A stretch of 64,000 nt of DNA, taken from Octopus vulgaris (taxonomy: Eukaryota). The DNA is taken from assembly GCA_951406725.2 (NCBI GenBank), contig OX597826.1, forward strand, positions 51,336,001 through 51,400,000. The letters are read 5' to 3'. Both the position numbers and the translations under genes were made by a program. Below are positions 54,549-64,000 of this stretch, in pieces. The notes under the pieces were generated by a model. That model ran no database searches. It saw nothing but the letters and a program-made list of their open reading frames with translations, and was not told the origin of the DNA. Each line of letters begins with the position of its first letter. The stretch's first letter is position 1.

Positions 54549-56804
54549 TTTGTGTGTCTGTTATGTTTTCTGTTTTTTTTTTTGTATGTATTTTCTTCGT
54601 AACTGAAAGCAAAACATGTTAGAATTTTTTGTATAAAGTTGCCAAAGATAAGGAAAAAAAAAAACAGTAAAAATCCCTAACAAAACAAAGATTAAAAAAG
54701 TAAAAAAGAAAAGGCAGCCAAAATGATTACAAAAACAACCGTGCACCAACAACAACAACATCAACAACAGTTTCTTCAATTATAACAAAAAACGTTGCCA
54801 ATTTCGAATTACTTTCGGGAATATAAAGATACATTATTATTATTATTAATATTTTTATTATTATTATTATTATTAAAGGGATTAAAAGTAACCCTGACAC
54901 GAACACTGACCAAAGGATTTACCCTGAATTCATCATAGTTACGGATTACTACACGTGTGGATTTTGGTTTTAATCATCGCTCGAATCTTGGAATACATTG
55001 CTTGGATTATTTAAATGACACCAATTATCTAATACGGATTTCAAAATACGCGCATCTACGTTCATACATAAGTACAAATGTATGTGATCTAACACATCGC
55101 ACACACGCACATACACACACACACACATTCACGGACACACGCTGACACAGTCACAGAGGTAACAACACACACACACATATGTTTGTATATATAACCATAA
55201 ATATGTATGATGTTTATCATTTTATAATTTTTCAATAAGGTGCTAGTTGAGAAGTAAGTAAGTACCTAAGCTTCTAGTTTATATTTATTCAATTTTTCTT
55301 TCTTCTAAGTATTCACCTGTATACTTAAAATGTTCTTATAGTTAACAGGTAACTCACGCAACTGTGAGGGCAGAATCGGTAGTATTGGGTATTTTAACTC
55401 GAATTTAACACTACAACAACTACAAGTAATAATCACAATAAAACAAAAAAAGGGTAACAGCAACAATGTTTGAAGCGAACAGATAAGTTAGAATTACTGT
55501 CTCAATTGATATTGTTGTAAAATAGTTTATGTTAAAAAATCTTCTCGTATATGAGGCTTCTTCTACAAAGTATTCAGATAGACTTCAGGGGTTTCCTTAA
55601 GATATAAAGGTGGTTTTAGAACACATATACACACATACAGGCACTGTGTGGTGTATATATATATTTATATATATCTTTTGTAATTTTCAGTAAAATTATA
55701 TTTTACTTTTCGATTATTTAAAAGATTAAAAATTGTTAAATATTAGAAATCGTTATAAATAAGATTAGGCAGGTAGCATGGTACCTAATTTAATTTAGAT
55801 ATGTGTGCAACAATAATTAAATATAAGTGTAATTAAAAATTATTTTACATTTAAAATTGCTTTCCGTTAAATAACGTGCAGGTGTACGTTTTAATACATA
55901 TGTTTAATTACTCAGTAACAGTACCATAGCAAGTTAAAGATGTATATATGATAATGTACAATTGTATGTTATATACATACATGCATACATCTATGCATAC
56001 TTAGATATCTATATAGAAGCAGAAATGCTACCATGTACTTAGAACAGAAATCTAGTTATAATATTCTTCGTATGTTATAATAAATTATCATCACAGCTAG
56101 ATCAAATTACCTATATTAAGGGCAGATTTTACTAAAATTTTCTTTGCAGACAAACAACAACAAAAGCACACGTCTAGAAACTTGGTTCAGTTTTGAAAGA
56201 ATGAAAGCTTTAGAAAGTCAGAATGGACAGGGAATATTTCTATTGTTAAATTGAAAACTGAAAATCTGTAATATTTCCTTCATTGGTTCAACAATACTAA
56301 ATATGTCCCCTAATGACTGTTTGATCTCATAAATCCTCAGATAATGGTGTATGGTAAAATAGAAATGAAAATAATCATTAAAACAGAACCACTGAAATCT
56401 AATTTTATGTTAAAGAAAGGTATATGAAAATATAAAAAGCAAAATAAAAAAAACAAAACATTCAGTACAAGAAAAGAAAGGGAAAAAGAAATAGATATTT
56501 GTATATCTTTAGGTAAATTCTCAGACACAATTTCTATAAGCAAATCGATGAAACCATATGCAAGAAAAAATCTATTATTCTTGAAGTTAGTAGACATAAG
56601 GCTGGAACGAACGGTAACCATGTTAAATAAATACAAAACTTGACGAATGCTAACAAATTAGAGGAATTTATTAAGACAATTGTGAGCCTAAATTACTACA
56701 ATATGAACTAAGGTGGAAATGGACATACAAACAAACTAAAAGCTTAATATGTATGGGGAACATAAGGGTTTTGATCAGTTGAGCGTTGTACGGCTTCGTT
56801 CATA

Positions 56805-57197
56805 ATGCGGCCCCTGCTGTCCCAAATCGCTGTTTTCGTCTCCTTAGTCATGCCTCTGGTGTGGATTATAATTCTTCCTGGGGTCAACACACAACACAAC
56901 CGCACGATCGCAGCCCTATTTGACAAGGCTCAGTACTCCCTGCTCTCACGTATCTTCACTAAAGCTATTACAGAATTGCGAAACAACAGTACACAAACCC
57001 GGTTTCAAGGCTACAAAGTTAAAGCATCGACCAACTTCTACGATGTAATCAACGAGATATGTCGTGCCATTAAACACGGGAATGTGGAATCATTTATTGT
57101 AGTGGGTAAAAGCCCGACAATTCACGCCGTTAATATTGTGGCGGAGGCCTTGTCAATACCAGTGCTTGGCTACATGCTCGGAGAAGATACACTAAAG
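56805..57197 (+). CDS. First coding exon of an ionotropic glutamate receptor-like gene (signal peptide + start of LIVBP-like amino-terminal domain; NMDA-type/IR-like); gene continues beyond this exon
   Basis: Non-repetitive 131-codon ORF MRPLLSQIAVFVSLVMPLVWIIILPGVNTQ... with a hydrophobic leader and N-glycosylation sequons (NRT, NNS/NST). 'VINEICRAIKHGNVESFIVVG...IHAVNIVAEALSIPVLGY' resembles the iGluR ATD pattern IC...GV.A......S.....IP.I. It ends at a phase-0 donor AAG|GTAAGT (57198-57203). A candidate acceptor ACTAA..TTTTCTTTGCAG ends at 56149. Subfamily not determinable by eye. Confidence 0.72.
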
Positions 57198-57505
57198 GTA
57201 AGTCATTTCTAACATTGAACTCATCAACAATAACCAAAACAACAACAACAACAACAATAATAACTACAGCAAGACAACTAATTATAACACCTGCAACACT
57301 AGCAGCAAACACAACAATAAATATGAAAAACAACAACAACAACAACAAACTACACTGCTTTTGTATTAACTATTGATTTTCCTAACGTATCTACCTATAT
57401 TTCTAATTATATCAAAAGTAACATACATTCATATTTCTTATTGATGTCGATGTTGTCTTGTATAACATCTTGAGATTAGGTCACCAAATACATTTATGCC
57501 ATGCG

Positions 57506-57705
<200 letters not shown>

Positions 57706-58049
57706 CAATCTATTTATTCGCCTACCTATTCGGCCTCATGTCTATCTATTCATGTATCTCTCTCTATCCAAAAATCTCTCCCCCACCTCTCTCTCTTTCT
57801 GGCTATCTTCCTACCTGTCTGTCTGTGTATCTGTCTGTCTACCTATCTTTCTGCCCATCTGGCTGTCTGACTGTCTGACTGTCTGTCTATCTATCTTTGT
57901 ATCTCTTATCTATCTATCTATCTATATATCTATCTATCTATCTATCTATATCTCCCGTTTACCTGTCTGTCGATCTTCCATTTCTTCTATCGTTATATAC
58001 AAATACATAGAAACGCATGACGCTACTACATTTATTCATCCATGCAGTA

Positions 58050-58101
<52 letters not shown>

Positions 58102-59039
58102 ACATACATACATACATACATGTATATATCACATAACACCCTTGACGTCTATTCGCATATTTATACACGCCAAATTATGCTTATCTAAACATTACGCTCC
58201 ATAAACAATGCGTTGAAAGTGTAATTAAATAGTCACAATGAAAACTAAAAAAAAAAAAGAAAAAAAAGAACGTACACAATGGTTTCTATGACAACATGTC
58301 GATATTTCAAGTAGCTGAAACTTATGGAAGTTTAAATCAATAGATAAATATATGCAAGCATGCATCTATTTGTGTACAAATTGGCAGATATTTACATGTA
58401 ACATGTAATTATTCCTATGAAGCACAGCTAAACGCGCGTCTCCCTCTGTCCCATGACACAGATATGCACAGATATGTTCATGCGTATTTGTGTATGTTTG
58501 TATATATGCATGTGTGTGAGGGTGACCATGTATCCATATAAACATAGATATATATCAAATAGTTCCGTTTTTGGAACGGTGAATCTCGAAGCAGATATAG
58601 ATACAAATAATGGCAAATATAATACAAACATAGATACATACACATTTGCGCGCGTGCATATGCAATGAATGCATGAATTTGCTTGTTGGTCGCGTCCTTC
58701 GGGGCCTAGAGGCCTTCTTACTAATTGCCACAGGTTCCAACTCCCTTTTTGTTCCTATTACTATACCTTCGAAACCCGTCGCTACCATGCTGTCCATCAC
58801 CTCATTCTCCATTACCAATGTCATAACCATTGTTAAGAACACCCACACCACTAATATCAGTAACGTACAATCACGACACCAACGTCACCACCAGCATCGT
58901 TGCCATCATCATTATCATCATCATCATCGTCATCTTGCCTATTACCCACAGTAACACCATCAACGCCACCATCAGATTTATAAACAGTCAAATTCACTAA
59001 CCGACACATTTACCCTTATTCCGATCTGTCGCTGTCTGC

Positions 59040-59315
59040 TATGTATGTATGTATGTATGTATGTATGTATGTATGTATGTATGTATGTATGTATGTATGT
59101 ATGTATGTATGTATGTATGTATGCATGCATGCATGTATGTATGTATGTATGTATGCATGCATGCATGCATGTATGTATGTATGTATGTATGCATGTATGT
59201 ATGTATGTATGTATGTATGTATGTATGTATTATGTATGTATGTATGTATGTATGCATGCATGTATGTATGTATGCATGTATTATGTATGTACGAACATAC
59301 GCATGTATGTATGTA
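59040..59315 (+). repeat. (ATGT)n/(ATGC)n compound microsatellite
   Basis: Direct reading; similar tracts at 61500-61980 and, as the complement, at 26562-26712. Confidence 0.95.
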
Positions 59316-59422
59316 GATGTGCATCTGTATATATCTATTTGTGTGTGCTTATCTCTCCCTCTCTCCCTCTCTCCCCTCTCTCCCTCCATCCCCTCTCTCC
59401 CTCCATGCCCCCTCTCTCTCTG

Positions 59423-59494
<72 letters not shown>

Positions 59495-59820
59495 ACATGA
59501 CCTCTGCTTTCTTGTCAACCAATCCTTCACGAGTCACGGGACCTAATAAGTTGCTGTTCGTTGGAGGCATCTAGGAATGAAAAAAATCTAGGACTCATTT
59601 ACTATGGAGTAACTTCCTTTCTAGGTATCACAACCATATCTCTATAAACAAGCAACTCTGGGATGTATGTCAATATGTGTGTCAACATACGTGTTAATAT
59701 ATATGTGTATATTTATATATATATATATATATATGTTTGCATATGCGGATATAGATACATTCATGTATATGTATATAGATGCATGCATGCATATATATTT
59801 ATGTTCGTATGTGTATACAC

Positions 59821-59851
<31 letters not shown>

Positions 59852-59880
59852 TGTATATATATACATATACATAGATGCAA

Positions 59881-59915
<35 letters not shown>

Positions 59916-60005
59916 GCCTTAATTCTCAAATAGAGAAATTGTATCTACCAATGCGGTGTTGAGTGTTGAGCACTTATTTTCATTGTTTGACATTTGCGTA
60001 TATAT

Positions 60006-60366
60006 ATATAATGTTGACAGATTTAAAAGGCCAAACAATGCAAATAGATTTTAAGATGAGGTAACGTAAACTAATAGTAAGTTACCTGGTAATCTTTGGT
60101 AATCTTATATTTATCCAATATTTCGGGACAAACAAGACCCTTCTTCAGGGTTAAAAAGGAACTGTCCTTGGTAATATGTTTTTTTTGTCGAAGATAAAAT
60201 AATTCTATGATTACATTTGAATTTTCTAGCGTAGCAAGGACAATGCATTTTTAACCCTGGATACATATAAGACCAAAGATTACCAGGTAACTTACTTTTA
60301 GTCTAAGTTACCTCATCTGAAAATCTATTCGCATTGTTTGGTCCTTCAAATCTTTCAGCATTATAT
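60006..60366. repeat. Inverted repeat (arms about 60006-60157 and 60248-60366)
   Basis: ATATAATGTTGACAGATT..GTAAGTTACCTGGTAATCTTTGGT / ACCAAAGATTACCAGGTAACTTAC..AATCTTTCAGCATTATAT. Confidence 0.88.
60115..60150 (-). ncRNA. Minimal hammerhead motif in the left arm of an inverted repeat
   Basis: Minus strand: CC CUGAAGA A GGG-UCUUGUUUGU-CCC GAAA UA UU GG; palindromic AUAU stem III. Confidence 0.6.
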
Positions 60367-60518
60367 TCCATATACAATGTTTCAAGCAAAATGTGTATGT
60401 GTGTGCGTATGTGTGTGTGTGTGTGCATGTGTGTGTGTGTATGTATGTGTATATATGTGTATGTATATGTATATGTATGTGTGTGTGTGTTTGTGTGTAT
60501 ATATATATATATATATGT

Positions 60519-60670
60519 CAATATAATATGGCTGGCCTGGTTTGGATGGATGCTACCGAGCCAGGAAACATCGCTCCAGCTGGCTATACGATACAGCCAG
60601 CTGGAGACGATATTTCCTGGGACTAAACAACAGTAGAATTCATCTCAATCGGGACTGCCATATTATATTG
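60519..60670. repeat. Hairpin of the same family as 19180-19416
   Basis: CAATATAATATGGC..CCAGGAAACATCGCTCCAGCTGGCT / AGCCAGCTGGAGACGATATTTCCTGG..GCCATATTATATTG. Confidence 0.8.
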
Positions 60671-60721
60671 GTAAATAATCTTTACTGCATGTCTCTAGTT
60701 GAGAGATTTAGACATAATAAT

Positions 60722-60786
<65 letters not shown>

Positions 60787-60868
60787 GGTCCCGGGTTGAG
60801 TCGGGGTTAACCACAGTAAATAAGGTACTCAATACATAGCAGAGTAAAGTAATTTATTTTATAGAAGG

Positions 60869-60919
60869 AGCTTCTACAGGACTAGAACTGTTTCATTCAG
60901 ATGAACTCTTCAGGAAGCT
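60869..60919 (-). ncRNA. Type I hammerhead ribozyme, complete core
   Basis: Minus strand reads AGCUUC CUGAAGA GUUC-AUCU-GAAU GAAA CAG-UUCUAGUC-CUG UA GAAGCU: 6-bp stem I, CUGANGA, stem II, GAAA, monomeric stem III and a GUA cleavage triplet. Confidence 0.82.
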
Positions 60920-61089
60920 GGCTGTCAAAATATGTTCTGGTATTTATGCATTTAGGCAGATTTAATGGAGTGGTGGTGGGGGACGTTTTTGGGTAGGTTG
61001 GTATTTAGGAGATAAATAGGGCACAAGCTATTGTTCTTAGGGGAGTGGTCAAAAGGCCAGATATATATATATATATATATCACTGTCCC

Positions 61090-61347
61090 TGAATTCACAA
61101 GACATTTGGATGTAATTATAGTGTTGGTCAAAATGCGCTTCTTCGTATTGCTTCAACTTTCGAATGATACCTCTCCATTGGCAAGGCATGCGGGCCTACG
61201 TATCCCCTGAACGGCGGGGTGGGCAAACGGTTGAAAGTTTATACATACAACTGAGTCGACTGGACCAATGTGAAGAGTTTGTGCTGAAACACAGCGCAGT
61301 GACGCACTGGGAATCGAAACTACCATCTTGCAATCGTGAGTTAACAC
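61090..61347 (-). mobile_element. SINE head D + tail a, old copy
   Basis: GGGAATCGAAACTACCATCTTG..AACCTCTAGGCTACGCG head; TGGTCAAAATGCG..TTCGAATGATACC tail. Confidence 0.55.
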
Positions 61348-62288
61348 ATTAACCTCTAGGCTACGCGATGTTAACAGCAGCCATCCCTGAGTTACGTTCT
61401 TTGCTGGGCAGCTCACGATGGATAACCCAAACATAGACATGAAAAGTTCAAGGAACGGTAAAAATCATAAAAGATATTAATATAACAAATATGCATACGT
61501 GTATGAATATGTATGTATATATGTATGCATGCATGTATGTATGCATGCATGCATGTATGTATGTATGTATGTATGTATGTATGTATGTATGTATGTATGT
61601 ATATATTATGTATGTATGTATGTATGTATGCATGCATGTATGTATGTATGTATGCATGTATGTATGTATGTATGTATGCATGCATGCATGCATGTATGCA
61701 TGCATGTATGTATGCATGTATGTATGTATGTATGCATGTATGTATGTATGTATGTATGTATGTATGTATGTATGCGTGCATGTATGTATGCATGCATGCA
61801 TGTATGTATGTATGTATGCATTGTATGTATGTATGTATGTATGTATTGTATGCATGTATGTATGCATGCATGCATGTATGTATGTATTGTATGTATGCAT
61901 GTATGTAAGTATGTATTCATGCATGTATGTATGTATTGTATGTATGTATGCATGTATGTATGTATTGTATGTATGCATGTGTCTGCAAGTATGTCTCTAT
62001 ATATGCATCTATGGATATGTATGTATGTATATATATATATATATAACGACCCTCTATGTTTGTTTTCGTTCGGTTTCCTTGTATGTCTCCACTGTCCTGT
62101 CTTCCAAGACTCATAATGTCGTTCATTGCTCGAAATGAGGAGTAGATAGAGAGCCGACAACTGATGAAGGGTCGTTCTTTTTGTTACTTGACCTGATTTC
62201 CATTTTTTCCTCTCGTTGTTTGCGTATTTAACTCATCTGTTTTCGTACTTCATGTTGTTTACTGTTGGTGACGGTCTGTGCTCGTATA

Positions 62289-62326
<38 letters not shown>

Positions 62327-62507
62327 CATGTACGTATGTATGTATGTATGTATGTATATATATATATATGTATGTAGAAGTGTATGTGTATACTCATGCA
62401 TTGTTATATACCTGTATACGGGTTTGTTGATATATATATATAAATGTGTATATATATATATATATATATACATATAAATATACATATGCATATATATATA
62501 TATATAT

Positions 62508-62550
<43 letters not shown>

Positions 62551-62831
62551 TATATATATATCAACTACAAACGTGCTTTTCTTATACTATTTTTGTGTCC
62601 CCGGACCTATCCACTCTCCACATTCTGACGAAGAGCTATGCTCGTAGCGTTACACTCTCCTATTTTTTCTATCTTCAACTAAGCGTCAACCAATCGCATT
62701 TATTTTGAACGTTCTTTTGACTTTTCTTGTTTTTATGTCTGTTTCCGACTTGCCTGTACATACATACATACCTACATACATACATACATACATACATACA
62801 TACATAAATACATACATACATATATACATAC

Positions 62832-63004
<173 letters not shown>

Positions 63005-63837
63005 TTATATGTATTTCAAGATGTTGGTATATGAATATATTTACCTACATATATTTGCTCTACACTCATATATGTATATACAGATGTAGAGATATGATTA
63101 TATTCATAGAAACATATATCTGTATATATACGTACATTATAAATGTATATATATTTATACATGTGTAGATATATCTCTTCATAATTAAATATGTATATAT
63201 ATATACACATACATATACACATACATATACTCACGTATACATGTATATAAATATATATCTATATGTATATCCGTTTATTCATTCGCATATATGCACATCG
63301 ACAAACATGCATATATCTTTTTGTACTTGTACTGAATCTCATATATGTATAGTTGCTTTAATGTTGTAATTGTTTGGGAACTAATAAGTGTATATAAGTT
63401 CATCAGTTAATATCTCAATATCCAGAGCATTATGAAATAATCTTACTATATTCATATGGTGTCATTATCCTCTGTCAGTAATATTGTGCAGTCTGACATT
63501 TTGTCTGTTAATGTAACTCCGTGTTTCTGTTTTAAATCCTGTACTTGCCCATCATTGGCACCCTTGATATTTTCCCGATCTACTTCAGATGGAATTCTTT
63601 GTGGTATTGCTTGCAGACAGCTCAAAGACTTTTGTAATTGGTTTTGTTTCAGCTCAAAATTAGTCTTCGTTCCTACTTGGTATTGTTTTTCAGGCATTCT
63701 ATTTATTATGTGCTGTAATCACTTCTGAAAAGGAGGTCACATGTCTTGTCTGTCCTCTGCCATCGATTCTTGATGGCAGCAGTGAGTCAAAGCAAGCGTT
63801 ACAAATGACAAATACTTGTATAGTGAGTACATATGCA

Positions 63838-63995
63838 TAGGCGCAGGTGTGGTTGTGTGGTAAGAGGTTTACTTCTCAACCACATGGTTCTGGGTTCAGT
63901 CCTACTACATAGCACCTGGGTAAGTGTCTTTTACTAAAGCCTCGGGCGAATCTAAGCCTTGTGAGTGTATTTTGCAGACAAAACCTTAAAGGAAA
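63838..63995 (+). mobile_element. SINE family A, 5' part
   Basis: TAGGCGCAGGTGTGGTTGTGTGGTAAG...GGGTTCAGTCCTACT...AAGCCTTGTGAGTG. Confidence 0.8.
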
Positions 63996-64000
63996 CTCTG

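Noticed and set aside
62130-62200. CTGATGAAGGG as a hammerhead core
   Set aside because: No downstream stem II closure or GAAA.

Overview
AT-rich, microsatellite-dense eukaryotic DNA. The SINE families and the (TA)n/(ATGT)n/(TATC)n load suggest an octopod cephalopod, but this is inference. Almost every ORF in the supplied track is a microsatellite or SINE artefact. The one credible host coding exon is 56805-57197 (+): a signal peptide plus the start of an ionotropic glutamate receptor-like N-terminal domain, ending at a clean GTAAGT donor. The rest comprises several tRNA-derived SINE families that swap heads and tails, decayed non-LTR retrotransposons (R4/Dong-like, RTE-BovB-like, CR1/Jockey-like), a Helentron/HINE-like element and many fold-back inverted repeats. 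The most interesting layer is a set of about 9 type I hammerhead ribozyme (HHR) motifs from several unrelated repeat families, several placed as outward-facing inverted pairs typical of Penelope-like elements. One family, with two copies, joins a tRNA-like Pol III head, an (AAT)n linker and a hammerhead module. Inside the putative receptor intron, antisense hammerheads are intact while sense ones are deleted or mutated. All structures were read by eye; no folding or database search was run.
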